Origin: Thermoanaerobaculia bacterium
Lineage (GTDB): Bacteria; Acidobacteriota; Thermoanaerobaculia; UBA5066
NCBI GenBank assembly: GCA_963719225.1
Contig: CAVRAY010000001.1
Coordinates: forward strand, 2,816,001 to 2,880,000
Length of the DNA stretch: 64,000 bases
Reading direction: 5' to 3'
Of this stretch, positions 11,337 through 21,074 are shown piece by piece. The position numbers and the translations under genes are program-made. The stretch's first letter is position 1. Each line of letters opens with the position of its first letter. The notes beneath the pieces were generated by a model. That model did not search any database. It was not told where the DNA came from and worked only from the letters and a program-made list of their open reading frames with translations.

Positions 11337-11665
11337 GAACAAAGCAGAAGCGATCACGCAAAACCTACCGCTCGCTCGCCGAGCTGCCGAAGAGCTTTGT
11401 CCCGCTCGAGGAGGCGAAGCGCACCCTCGAGCGAGACGCCGCGTGGTTCGAGAAACACCTCGGTCCTGACGTCCCCCGAATCACGCGCCGCGGCCGGCCC
11501 CCGAAGGGTACGAAGGTGGAGCCGGGGAGGGTCCGGTCGCTCCGAATACCGGACTCGACGTGGCGCGCGCTGCAAAGACAGGCGAAGGCTTCGGGGCTCT
11601 CGACGAACACGGCGGTGCGTCTCGCCGTGCTGTCGTGGACGGAGCACTCCACCGACCGTCGATAG
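11333..11665 (+). CDS. BrnA/RHH-like antitoxin
   Basis: RGRPPKG followed by ribbon-helix-helix-like VRSLRIPDSTWRALQRQA; coupled to the toxin gene. Confidence 0.65.
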   Translation: MRTKQKRSRKTYRSLAELPKSFVPLEEAKRTLERDAAWFEKHLGPDVPRITRRGRPPKGTKVEPGRVRSLRIPDSTWRALQRQAKASGLSTNTAVRLAVLSWTEHSTDRR

Positions 11666-11668
11666 GAC

Positions 11669-12427
11669 CTATCCGATGTAGAGCCCGCCGCTCACGTTGA
11701 GACAGGTCCCGGTCACGTAAGCGGCGGCATCGGACGCCAGATAGACGACGGCGGCCGCCACGTCGGCGCCCGTCCCGAGCCGTCCGAGGACGATCTGGTC
11801 GACGAGCGCCTTTTTCTGGTCGTCGTTCAGCGCACCCGTCATGGACGTCTCGATGTAGCCCGGCGCGACCGCGTTCACGGTGATCCCCCGCGATCCGATC
11901 TCGCGCGCGAGCGCCTTCGTGAACCCGACGACGCCGGCCTTCGCCGCGGCGTAGTTCGTCTGGCCCGGGTTTCCCATGAGGCCCACCACGGACGTGATGT
12001 TCACGATGCGCCCCGGAACCTTCTTCTTCAGCATGACCTTCGCGGCCTCCTGGGCGCAGAGGAAGACGCCGGTGAGGTCCGTCGTGAGGACCTTGTCCCA
12101 GGATTCCTTCGACATCCTGAGGATGAGGCCGTCGTCGGTGATGCCGGCGTTGTTCACGAGGACGTCGAGCTTGCCGTGCTTTTCCACGATCCCCTTGAAG
12201 GCGGCCGAGACGGAAGCGGGATTCGTGACGTCGAGGCGCACGGCCTCGGCCCGGCCGCCTGCCGACGTGATCGCGTGCGCGACCGCGGCGGCTTTGTCTT
12301 CGCTGCGCGCGGCGACGACGACGAGCGCGCCTGCCGCGGCGAGCGCGTTCGCGATCGACTCGCCTATCCCCTGCGAGCCGCCGGTGACGAGCGCGATCTT
12401 TCCCTCGAGCGAGAACGAAAGAGCCAT
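11669..12427 (-). CDS. fabG: 3-oxoacyl-ACP reductase
   Basis: TGGSQGIG, NNAGIT, NYAAAK SDR motifs; fab context. Confidence 0.95.
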   Translation of the reverse strand: MALSFSLEGKIALVTGGSQGIGESIANALAAAGALVVVAARSEDKAAAVAHAITSAGGRAEAVRLDVTNPASVSAAFKGIVEKHGKLDVLVNNAGITDDGLILRMSKESWDKVLTTDLTGVFLCAQEAAKVMLKKKVPGRIVNITSVVGLMGNPGQTNYAAAKAGVVGFTKALAREIGSRGITVNAVAPGYIETSMTGALNDDQKKALVDQIVLGRLGTGADVAAAVVYLASDAAAYVTGTCLNVSGGLYIG

Positions 12428-12443
12428 CTGACTCCTTTCTCCG

Positions 12444-13373
12444 TCAGGCGAACGTCGCGAGAGCCGTGGCCGTGGACGTGGTCCTGACCGGCCAGTCCTT
12501 CGCGATGCGTTTCGCGAGACCCGCGAGGACAGCGCCCGGACCGGCCTCGACCGCCGACGGGGCGAGGCCCGCGAGGCGCTGGACCGACTCGACCCAGCGG
12601 ACCGGCGAGCAGATCTGGCGCTGGAGCGAGTCGCGCGCGACATCAGGATCCATCGTCTCCTTGGCGTCCACGTTCGTGACGACCGGAATCGCGAGCGGGC
12701 GAAAGGCCGCCGCCGCGAGGAACGGCGCGAGCTTTTCTTCGGCGCTCTTCATGAGCGCGGAGTGAAAAGGGGCGGAAACCGGCAACGAAAGGACGCGCTT
12801 GGCGCCCTTCGACTTCAGGATCTCGGCCGCCTTCGCGACGGCGGCGGCGCTTCCCGCGATGACGGTCTGCTCCGGCGAGTTGAAGTTCGCGGCCGAGCAG
12901 ACTTCGCCGGTTGCCGCGGCGGCTTGGGCGCACGCCTCGACGACGGCCTCGGGCGCGAGACCGATGACCGCCGACATGGCACCCTGCCCCGCCGGGACGG
13001 CGTCCTGCATGAAAAGGCCGCGACGCCGGACCAGAACGACCGCGTCCTCGAGCGTGAGGGCGCCGGCGGCGACGAGAGCGGCGTACTCTCCGAGGGAGTG
13101 CCCCGCCGCCACCGTGGGCGTTGAACCCTTCGCCTTCAGGACCTCGAGGACGGCGACGGCATGCGTGAGGATCGCGGGCTGCGTGACCGCGGTCTGCTTG
13201 AGATCCTCGTCGCTCCCCTCGAAGGACACCTTCGAGACGTCGAGACCCAGAGGCTGGAGCGCCGCGTCGGCCCGCCGGTAGACGTCGCGGGCCTCGCGAA
13301 ACGCCTCCGCGAGATCCCGTCCCATCCCGGCGAACTGCGAGCCCTGGCCCGGGAAGAGGAAGGCGAGGCTCAA
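12444..13373 (-). CDS. fabD: Malonyl-CoA:ACP transacylase
   Basis: FPGQGSQ, GHSLGEY, SAPFHS. Confidence 0.96.
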   Translation of the reverse strand: MSLAFLFPGQGSQFAGMGRDLAEAFREARDVYRRADAALQPLGLDVSKVSFEGSDEDLKQTAVTQPAILTHAVAVLEVLKAKGSTPTVAAGHSLGEYAALVAAGALTLEDAVVLVRRRGLFMQDAVPAGQGAMSAVIGLAPEAVVEACAQAAAATGEVCSAANFNSPEQTVIAGSAAAVAKAAEILKSKGAKRVLSLPVSAPFHSALMKSAEEKLAPFLAAAAFRPLAIPVVTNVDAKETMDPDVARDSLQRQICSPVRWVESVQRLAGLAPSAVEAGPGAVLAGLAKRIAKDWPVRTTSTATALATFA

Positions 13374-13377
13374 CGTC

Positions 13378-14361
13378 TCACCAACGGACGAGCGCGGCAC
13401 CCCACGTGAGTCCGCCGCCGAACGCCGTGATGAGGATGATGTCGCCGCGCTTCAGGCGGCCGTCGCGGGCGTACTCGTCCAGCGCGATCGGAATCGAGGC
13501 CGAGCTCGTGTTCCCGTAGCGTCCGATGTTGTTCATGCAGCGCTCGGCCGGGATCTGGAGCCGGTCGGCCGTGGCCGTGAGGATCCGTTCGTTCGCCTGG
13601 TGCGGGAGGAGCCAGTCCACGTCGGCGGTCGTGAAGCCGCTCTCCGCGAGGACGAACTTGCTGACCTCCACCATCGACCGGATGGCGACCTTGAACGTCT
13701 CGCCGCCCTTCATCTGGATGAACGGAAGTCTCTTCTCGAGCGTCTCGGGACGATTCGGCGGGTACGTGGACCCGCCGCCCGGCATCGCGATGAAGGGGGC
13801 TCCCTCTCCGTCCGAGTGGATCGACGTCGAGAGAACGCCGTGGTCGGCTTTCGTGGCCTTGAGGACCGTGGCGCCGGCGCCGTCCCCGAACAGGATGCAC
13901 GTGCCGCGGTCGGTGTAGTCCACGAACCGGGTCAGGAACTCGGCGCCGATGAGGAGGATGTTCTTCGCCTTGCCCGACTGGATGAGCCCGTCCGCGACGT
14001 GGAGCCCGTACAGCCAGCCCGAGCAGGCGGCGTTCAGGTCGAACGCGGCTGCCTTCTTCGCGCCCAGCTTGAACTGCACGACCGGCGCGGCGCCCGGGAT
14101 CAGGTGATCGGGCGTGCAGGTCGACAGGATGATCGTGTCGAGATCGGAAGCCGTGATTCCGGCGTCTTCGAGCGCGGGAAGGGCCGCGCGTACGCTGAAG
14201 TCCGACAGGATGTCTCCTTCGCCGGCGACGCGGCGTTCGCGAATGCCCGTGCGCGACGTGATCCATTCGTCGGACGTCTCGACCATCTTCGAAAGGTCAT
14301 CGTTCGTCAGGATCCTTTCCGGAATGGCCCGGCCCGTGCCGGCGATCGTGGCGTGAAACAT
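13378..14361 (-). CDS. fabH: Beta-ketoacyl-ACP synthase III
   Basis: AACSG, PHQAN, GNTSSAS, FGGGLTWG. Confidence 0.96.
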   Translation of the reverse strand: MFHATIAGTGRAIPERILTNDDLSKMVETSDEWITSRTGIRERRVAGEGDILSDFSVRAALPALEDAGITASDLDTIILSTCTPDHLIPGAAPVVQFKLGAKKAAAFDLNAACSGWLYGLHVADGLIQSGKAKNILLIGAEFLTRFVDYTDRGTCILFGDGAGATVLKATKADHGVLSTSIHSDGEGAPFIAMPGGGSTYPPNRPETLEKRLPFIQMKGGETFKVAIRSMVEVSKFVLAESGFTTADVDWLLPHQANERILTATADRLQIPAERCMNNIGRYGNTSSASIPIALDEYARDGRLKRGDIILITAFGGGLTWGAALVRW

Positions 14362-14392
14362 CGTTCCTCCGTAGGGACGTGAAGCCGGAATG

Positions 14393-15403
14393 TTACCTAG
14401 AGAGCGACGGCGGCGCGAACAGCAGTGCCCTCTCGCGGATTTTCTCGGGAATCCCGCGCCGCACGAAGTCGTCGGCCGCCCGGATGGCGTTTCGCACGGC
14501 CTTCGCGTTCGAGCGCCCATGCCCGATCAGACACGCGCCGTTCACACCGAGGAGAGGCGCGCCTCCGTACTCGCTGTAGTCGAGACGCTTCTTGAACGAC
14601 CGAAAGGCGTCCTTGGACAGAAGAAAACCCATCGACGCCTGGAGACTTCGCGTGATCTCCTGCTTGAGCGCTTCCTCGACGAGGTGCGCGAGGCTCTCGG
14701 AGACCTTGAGGATGACGTTGCCCGTGAAGCCGTCCGTCACGATGACGTCCACGTCGCCCCCATACACGTCACGCCCCTCGACGTTCCCGATGAAACGCAG
14801 ACCTGACTCCTTCAGGAGGCTGTAGACCTCCTTCACGGTGTCCGTGCCTTTGCCTTCCTCTTCCCCGACTGACATCAGGCCGATCTTCGGCTTCTCGATG
14901 CCGAGGACCTCCTGCGCGTAGAAGTGGCCCATGACGGCGAACTCGCGGTAGTGCTCCGGCCGGCAGTTGACGTTCGCGCCGACGTCCAGGAGGACGCGCT
15001 TGCGGTCGAGCCCCGGAAGCACCGTCGCGAGCGCCGGCCGGTCGATCCCCTCGACGACGCCCATGATCATCTTCGCGACGACCATGGCGGCACCGGTGTG
15101 CCCCGCCGTGAACATGCCTTTCGCGCGCCCGTCCCGCACGCATTCGGCGGCGATCCGGATGGACGCGCGGCGCTTCTTTCGAATCGGAGTGATCGAAGGC
15201 TCGTCGAAGAGGACGACCTCGTCCGCGTCGACGACGCCGATACGGCTGCCGTTGTACGCGATCTTGCGAAGCTCGGACTCGATCTCCCGGCGCCTGCCGA
15301 CGAGGAGCGTGTCGAGACCGAAGTCCACGGCCGCCGCAACCGCTCCCTCCACGTTGACGCGAGGGGCGTGGTCCCCCCCCATGGCGTCGACGGCGATCGT
15401 CAA
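14393..15403 (-). CDS. plsX: Phosphate acyltransferase
   Basis: IAVDAMGGDHAP, DGFTGN, GGAPLLG, HGRS. Confidence 0.96.
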   Translation of the reverse strand: MTIAVDAMGGDHAPRVNVEGAVAAAVDFGLDTLLVGRRREIESELRKIAYNGSRIGVVDADEVVLFDEPSITPIRKKRRASIRIAAECVRDGRAKGMFTAGHTGAAMVVAKMIMGVVEGIDRPALATVLPGLDRKRVLLDVGANVNCRPEHYREFAVMGHFYAQEVLGIEKPKIGLMSVGEEEGKGTDTVKEVYSLLKESGLRFIGNVEGRDVYGGDVDVIVTDGFTGNVILKVSESLAHLVEEALKQEITRSLQASMGFLLSKDAFRSFKKRLDYSEYGGAPLLGVNGACLIGHGRSNAKAVRNAIRAADDFVRRGIPEKIRERALLFAPPSLSR

Positions 15404-15404
15404 G

Positions 15405-15590
15405 TCAGGCCTTCTCGGCTCCGCTCATGACTTCCCGGCCCTTGTAATGACCGCAGGAGGGGCACACCCGGTGCGGCAACTTCTCCGTGCCGCAGTTCGG
15501 GCAGTTCGAGGTCTGCTTGGGCTTCAGGAAATCGTGGGCGCGGCGCAGGTCGCGGCGCGTCTTGCTGTGGCGGTGCTTTGGATTCGGCAT
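15405..15590 (-). CDS. rpmF: 50S ribosomal protein L32
   Basis: MPNPKHRHSKTRRDLRRAH...CPNCG...PHRVCPSCGHY. Confidence 0.96.
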   Translation of the reverse strand: MPNPKHRHSKTRRDLRRAHDFLKPKQTSNCPNCGTEKLPHRVCPSCGHYKGREVMSGAEKA

Positions 15591-15645
15591 GGCGGTCTCC
15601 TGTGACGGTCCGACGCGCGAAGGCGAGGACGAAAAGAGTCTGGTT

Positions 15646-16230
15646 TCAGTTCCCGGGTTCGAGAAGAGTTCGAAGCGACTTCCAGCGCTCGTCCGAAGGA
15701 GGCCGGCAGACGCACGGCGCGAGGTTCCGGTCGGCACCGCACATCGGACAGAGCCCGCGGCAGTCTTCCCGGCAGAGGACCTTCAGGGGAACCTCGAGCT
15801 GCACCTGCTCTTCGACGAGACCGTCGAAGGGCACGACGAGGTCGTCGTAGTACAGGACGTCGAGATCCTCCGGCGCGAGCTCGAGGCCCTCTTCGGACTC
15901 CGCGTCTCCCTTCGTGCGCTTCTCGGTCCGGTCCGCCTTCGAAGCGGGCTTGCCTTCGCGCGGCTTCTCGTGCGCCGGCGCGAAAACCCAGAACGCATCG
16001 CTCGCGCGCCGAAACGAGACGGGAGCGAGGCAGCGTGCGCAAGACGTGACCCCTTCGAAGGCGACTCGGCCGTTGAGCACGAAGCCGGGCCCCTGCCGCT
16101 CGAGACGTCCCGTGAACGTCACGGGCGAGAGCGACACGAGCTCGGGGCGCGCCAGGCTCCCGGCTGGAAAGTCGAACTGATGAGAAAGATCAACCGGCTG
16201 ATCGAAAGCCGCTTCGAGGTTCAGATCCAT
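15646..16230 (-). CDS. yceD: DUF177/YceD family protein
   Basis: CARCL and LCREDCRGLCPMCG...DERW motifs; upstream of rpmF. Confidence 0.9.
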   Translation of the reverse strand: MDLNLEAAFDQPVDLSHQFDFPAGSLARPELVSLSPVTFTGRLERQGPGFVLNGRVAFEGVTSCARCLAPVSFRRASDAFWVFAPAHEKPREGKPASKADRTEKRTKGDAESEEGLELAPEDLDVLYYDDLVVPFDGLVEEQVQLEVPLKVLCREDCRGLCPMCGADRNLAPCVCRPPSDERWKSLRTLLEPGN

Positions 16231-16283
16231 GGGAAAAGGCTCCTCCGTAACGGAGAGCAGCCGCGGAATATAACATGGAAAGC

Positions 16284-17369
16284 ATGCGCCTCGCCGTCGA
16301 TGCGCGCCCGCTCGAGGAGCGTCCGACTGGCGTCGGCCGCTATCTCGAGGGGCTGCTTTCCGCCTGGCTCGACCAGACGCCAGCGGATTCTTTCGTCCTG
16401 CTCTCGCCGCGGAGGGTCCACGTGCCGTCGCGCCTTTCCGGCCGGGTGGAGGTGACGAAGACACCCGCGCTCCCGGGGACGGTCTGGCTGCAGACCACCG
16501 CCGCGCGCGCCGCTCACCGGGCCCGCGCCGACGCCTTTTTCGGAAGTCTCGGCATCCTGCCTCTTCTCTCTTCGCTGCCGGGGGTCGCAACCGTTCATGA
16601 CCTCACGCCTCTTCTTTTTCCCGCGTGGCACTCGCGTAAGAATCGCCTTGGCTTCAACCCCTTCATCGGCGCGACCGTCCGGCACGCTCGCCGCATCGTG
16701 ACGGTTTCCGAGGCGACGCGGCGGGACCTCGTCGCCGCGTTTCCCGATGCCGAGCCGAAGACCGTTGTCGTGTACAACGGCATCGCACCCGAGACTCCCG
16801 CCGCCTTCGCCGCGGTCCCTCACGGCGGAAAGCCGTACGTCCTTTATGTGGGCACGCTCGAGCCGCGCAAGAACGTCTCGCGGCTCGTGGCGGCGATGGA
16901 GTCGATCTGGGATCGCCGACCGGATTTTCCCGAACTCGTCCTGGCGGGAGAAGACGGCTGGGGCATGAAAGAATTTGCCCAGACCGTTTCGGGCTCACGG
17001 CACGCGGCGCGCATCGCGCGCGTCGGCTATCTCGATTCGGGCGAAAGGGCGCGTTGGCTCGGAGGGGCGCGCGTCTTCGCGTATCCGAGTCTTTACGAAG
17101 GCTTCGGCCTCCCGCCCCTCGAAGCGATGGCGCAGGGGACACCGGTCGTGGGCTCCTCGTCTTCGTCGCTTCCGGAGGTGATGGGCGACGCCGGTCTCCT
17201 GCCGGATCCGACGAATATTCAAGACATCGCCTCGGCATTGGAAAGGGCGCAGGACGACCAGAAATTCCGTCGCCGCGCGGCTGCGGAGGGCCCGCGGCGC
17301 GCTCAGAGCTTCACGTGGGCGGCCGCGGCGGCCAAGACGCGCGCCCTGTTCGTGGAGGCGCTCTCTTGA
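16284..17369 (+). CDS. GT4 glycosyltransferase
   Basis: GTLEPRKN, YEGFGLPPLEAM. Confidence 0.92.
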   Translation: MRLAVDARPLEERPTGVGRYLEGLLSAWLDQTPADSFVLLSPRRVHVPSRLSGRVEVTKTPALPGTVWLQTTAARAAHRARADAFFGSLGILPLLSSLPGVATVHDLTPLLFPAWHSRKNRLGFNPFIGATVRHARRIVTVSEATRRDLVAAFPDAEPKTVVVYNGIAPETPAAFAAVPHGGKPYVLYVGTLEPRKNVSRLVAAMESIWDRRPDFPELVLAGEDGWGMKEFAQTVSGSRHAARIARVGYLDSGERARWLGGARVFAYPSLYEGFGLPPLEAMAQGTPVVGSSSSSLPEVMGDAGLLPDPTNIQDIASALERAQDDQKFRRRAAAEGPRRAQSFTWAAAAAKTRALFVEALS

Positions 17370-18418
17370 CGGAGCGAAAGAAGCTCATCCTCGTCGATGC
17401 TCGGAAGGCACGCGACTTCGGGATTGGAACGTACCTGCGGGGCCTCCTCTGCGGCCTCGCAAGCCTGGACCGCTTCGAACTCCGGGCGCTCGTTCTACCC
17501 GGCGACGGGGCGCTCCTTCCCGCGGGCGTCGGAACGACGCCCTGCGCGGCCGCGCATTATTCCTTCGGCGAGCTCGTGGCCGTCCGGCGGGCGATCTCGG
17601 CGGTGAAACCGGATCTCTTCCATGCCCCGCATTACGTCGTGCCCCTCTTCCCGCCACACGCCACGGTCGTCACGATCCACGACCTCATGCACCTCACCCG
17701 GCCCGAGCACGCGACGCCCGCGAAGCGCGCGTACGCGCGCTGGATGATCAGCCGCGCGCTGCGCCTTTCCGCCCGAGTCATCGCGGTGTCGGAGGCAACG
17801 AAGAAAGAAATTCTTGCTTTCGGACCCTCTCAAGGCCTCAAGGTCGAAGTGATTCCAAACGGCGTGGGAGAGAGATTTTTCTTAGAAGGTGAAGAGAAAG
17901 AATCTTCCTCTTATCTTCTCTTCCTCGGCAACGACAAGCCGCACAAGAATCTCGATGGTTTGCTCGCCGCCTGGCCGCGCGTGCGGGGTTCCTTTCCCAC
18001 GCTCACTCTTGTCCTCGCGGGCGTCGAGCCCGGGCGGTCGCTGCCCGAAGGCGCGAAGGCCATCGGCTTCGTGCCGGATGCGGACGTGCCTTCTCTTGTC
18101 GGCGGCGCCCGCGCGCTCGTCCTGCCCTCCTTCGCGGAAGGCTTCGGACTCCCGGTTCTCGAGGCGCAGGCGGCGGGCACGCCCGTCGCGTGCTCGGACC
18201 TCCCCGCTCTCCGCGAGGCCGCGGGCGACGCGGCGGTGTACTTCGATCCGCACGACGTCGATTCGATGATTAAGGGGATACAGAGAATTTTGAAAGAGGA
18301 AGAGCTTAGAAAGGGTTTGAGAAAGAGGGGACGGGCGCGGGCGAAGGAATACTCGTGGCGGCGCGCGGCGGAGCAAACCGCAGCTGTGTATGAAGATGTT
18401 CTTAGAAGGGTGACGTGA
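17366..18418 (+). CDS. GT4 glycosyltransferase
   Basis: TIHDL, KPHKN, AEGFGLPVLEAQ; TTGA overlap with the upstream stop. Confidence 0.9.
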   Translation: MTERKKLILVDARKARDFGIGTYLRGLLCGLASLDRFELRALVLPGDGALLPAGVGTTPCAAAHYSFGELVAVRRAISAVKPDLFHAPHYVVPLFPPHATVVTIHDLMHLTRPEHATPAKRAYARWMISRALRLSARVIAVSEATKKEILAFGPSQGLKVEVIPNGVGERFFLEGEEKESSSYLLFLGNDKPHKNLDGLLAAWPRVRGSFPTLTLVLAGVEPGRSLPEGAKAIGFVPDADVPSLVGGARALVLPSFAEGFGLPVLEAQAAGTPVACSDLPALREAAGDAAVYFDPHDVDSMIKGIQRILKEEELRKGLRKRGRARAKEYSWRRAAEQTAAVYEDVLRRVT

Positions 18419-19551
18419 GAGTCGCCCTCGTCCACGACTGGCTGACGGGCACGCGCGGCGGCGAGAAAGTCCTGCTCGAGCTCGTCCGGATGTTTCCGAA
18501 CGCGCCGGTCTTCACACTCTTTCATTTCCCGGGGTCGCAGCATCCCGAGATCGAGGCCGCGGAGATCCGGACGACGTTCCTCCAGAAGCTCGTCTCGCCA
18601 GAGGGGGGCTACCGCAAGCTCCTTCCTCTCTTCTTCGTGGCCGCCGAAACCTGGGACCTCTCCGGCTTCGACCTCGTCATCTCGTCGTCCCACTGTGTCG
18701 CCAAGAACGCGAGGCGGGCGCCGGGCGCTTTTCACCTGTGCTACTGCCACACGCCCGTGCGCTATCTGCACGATCAGTTCGACGAGTATTTCCGCAACCG
18801 CCCCGCGGCGGTCCGGGCGGCAGCGCGTCTCGCCCGGGCTCCGCTTCGTGCCTGGGACCGGGCCACGGTGCCCCGCGTAGACGCGTTTCTCGCGAACTCG
18901 GAAAACGTCAAGGCCCGCATCGCCCGACTCTGGGGACGTGAATCGGCGGTCGTCTTTCCGCCAGTGGACGTGGATTTCTACACGCCGCCGCCCTCCGGAG
19001 CGAGCCGGAACGGCTTCCTCGTCGTGTCGGCTCTCGCCCCGTACAAGCGCCTCGACGACGCGATCGACGCCGCGAACGCCCGTCGGCTTCCGCTCACGAT
19101 CGCGGGCTTCGGGCCGGAGCGCGCCCGCCTCGCGGAGCGGGCCGGTGAGACGATCCGCTTCCTCGACACTCCCAACGACGAGATGTTGCGCGACCTGTAC
19201 CGCGCCTCGGAAGCCGTGCTGATGCCGGGCGAGGAGGATTTCGGCATCGTGCCTCTGGAGGCGCAGGCCTGTGGGACGCCGGTCGTCGCGCTCGGGCTCG
19301 GAGGAGCCACCGAGACGGTGCTGGACGGCAAGACGGGCGTCCTCTACGCCGAACCGGGCGCCGCGGGCCTTCTCGCGGCGCTCGACCGCCTCGGCGGAAT
19401 GGCGCTCGACTCCGCGGCTCTCTCCCGAAATGCCGCCCGATTCTCGCGATACGTATTTCGGGCCCGCTTCCGGGCGACCTTCGAGACGGCGCACGCCGCG
19501 CCCGCCGGATCCCCCGGGGACGCTAGAATCGGCGGTCCGGAGTCCGTGTGA
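18415..19551 (+). CDS. GT4 glycosyltransferase
   Basis: HDWL..GGEKV, YCHTP, EDFGIVPLEAQACG. Confidence 0.92.
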   Translation: MRVALVHDWLTGTRGGEKVLLELVRMFPNAPVFTLFHFPGSQHPEIEAAEIRTTFLQKLVSPEGGYRKLLPLFFVAAETWDLSGFDLVISSSHCVAKNARRAPGAFHLCYCHTPVRYLHDQFDEYFRNRPAAVRAAARLARAPLRAWDRATVPRVDAFLANSENVKARIARLWGRESAVVFPPVDVDFYTPPPSGASRNGFLVVSALAPYKRLDDAIDAANARRLPLTIAGFGPERARLAERAGETIRFLDTPNDEMLRDLYRASEAVLMPGEEDFGIVPLEAQACGTPVVALGLGGATETVLDGKTGVLYAEPGAAGLLAALDRLGGMALDSAALSRNAARFSRYVFRARFRATFETAHAAPAGSPGDARIGGPESV

Positions 19552-20948
19552 TCCGCCGTCAAACCCGCCGCCTTCAGGCCCTGTTCGTGGCCGCCGACGT
19601 CCTCGCGACCGTGCTCGCGCTGGGCGCGGCCTGGCTCATCCGCTTCGAGTCGGTATGGCCCACGCCCAAAGGCGGGCAGCCGTTCGAGAACTACGCGGCG
19701 TTCATTCCGATTCTCTTCGTCATCTGGCCGGTCGTCTTCTACTTCCACCGGCTGTATCAGATCCGGCGTGACCGATCGACGATCGACGAAGTGCTCGCGG
19801 TGATCGTGGCGGCCTCTCTCGGAACGATCCTCCTCGTGGGCATCCTCTCTTTCTGGCGCGGGTTCACGTATACGAGCCGGCAGCTCCTGGTCCTGTTCCT
19901 CTTCCTCGACGTCTTCTTCGTCTCGCTCGTGCGCTTCGGAATCCGCAAGTACCTCGAGACCATGTGGTCCACGGGCACCGGCGTGCGCCGGACGCTCATC
20001 GTCGGCGCGGGGCATGCGGGCCGCGCGCTGGCCGACAAGCTGCTCGACCACCCGGCGACCGGCCTGAAGCCCGTGGGATTCGCCGACGACGACCCGCTCA
20101 AGAGGGTCGAGAACTATCGCGGCCTCTCGGTCCTGGGCACGACCTCGGAAGTCACGGCGCTCATCCAGGAGCACGAGGTCGATACGGTGTTCCTGGCGCT
20201 GCCCGTCGAGGCGTATCGCACGATGCTCACGATCCTCAAGGAGGTCGGCAACCAGATCGTCGACCTCAAGGTCGTGCCGGACCTTTTCCAGTACGTCACG
20301 TTCAAGGCCGGCATCGAGGATTTCGACGGGCTGCCCGTCATCAACCTGACGCAGATGCCGCTCGAGGGCTGGAACTCGCTCGTGAAGCGCACGATGGACG
20401 TCGCGCTCTCGGCGCTCGGCCTCGTCGCGCTCGCCGTTCTCTTCCCCATCCTCGCGCTCGCCATCTGGCTCGAGGACCGCGGACCGATCTTCTACGCACA
20501 GGAGCGCATGGGCCTCGACGGGCGGCTTTTCCGCATGCTGAAGTTCCGCTCGATGCGCGTCGACGCCGAGGACGACGGAGCCCGTTGGGCCGAGGAGAAC
20601 GATCCACGCCGCACGCGCGTGGGCTCGTTCCTGCGCCAGACCTCGCTCGACGAGCTGCCGCAGCTCATCAACGTGTTCAAGGGCGAGATGTCGCTCGTGG
20701 GTCCGCGTCCGGAACGCCCGGAGTTCGTCAGCACGTTCAAGGAGAAGCTCCCGCAGTACATGCTGCGCCACCGCGTGCGCGCGGGGATCACGGGCTGGGC
20801 GCAGGTCCACGGCTGGCGCGGGAACACCAGCCTCTCCAAGCGCATCGAGTACGACCTGTACTACATCGAGAACTGGTCGGTCGGCCTGGACGTGAAGATC
20901 CTGTGGCTCACGGTCAAGTGGGGCTTCACCCACAAGAACGCGTACTGA
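19548..20948 (+). CDS. Undecaprenyl-phosphate glycose-1-phosphate transferase (WcaJ-like)
   Basis: N-terminal TM helices, [28 protein letters not shown]. Confidence 0.93.
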   Translation: MIRRQTRRLQALFVAADVLATVLALGAAWLIRFESVWPTPKGGQPFENYAAFIPILFVIWPVVFYFHRLYQIRRDRSTIDEVLAVIVAASLGTILLVGILSFWRGFTYTSRQLLVLFLFLDVFFVSLVRFGIRKYLETMWSTGTGVRRTLIVGAGHAGRALADKLLDHPATGLKPVGFADDDPLKRVENYRGLSVLGTTSEVTALIQEHEVDTVFLALPVEAYRTMLTILKEVGNQIVDLKVVPDLFQYVTFKAGIEDFDGLPVINLTQMPLEGWNSLVKRTMDVALSALGLVALAVLFPILALAIWLEDRGPIFYAQERMGLDGRLFRMLKFRSMRVDAEDDGARWAEENDPRRTRVGSFLRQTSLDELPQLINVFKGEMSLVGPRPERPEFVSTFKEKLPQYMLRHRVRAGITGWAQVHGWRGNTSLSKRIEYDLYYIENWSVGLDVKILWLTVKWGFTHKNAY

Positions 20949-20952
20949 GCCT

Positions 20953-20973
20953 GCCGGTCGAACCGGCGTTTCT
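20953..20973 (+). terminator. Possible intrinsic terminator
   Basis: GCCGGT-CGA-ACCGGC hairpin followed by GTTTCT just after the stop codon. Confidence 0.4.
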
Positions 20974-20981
20974 CGATCAGT

Positions 20982-21019
20982 GAAGGGGGAACGGGGGAAA
21001 CACGACCGTGTTTCCCCCG
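20982..21019. repeat. REP-like palindromic element, copy 1
   Basis: GAAGGGGGAA then CGGGGGAAACACG-AC-CGTGTTTCCCCCG perfect hairpin. Confidence 0.6.
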
Positions 21020-21074
21020 AACATGACAGCTTCTAGCGCGCCCGTTTCTTGGTGCGTGCGAAGCACGCGGCGCG

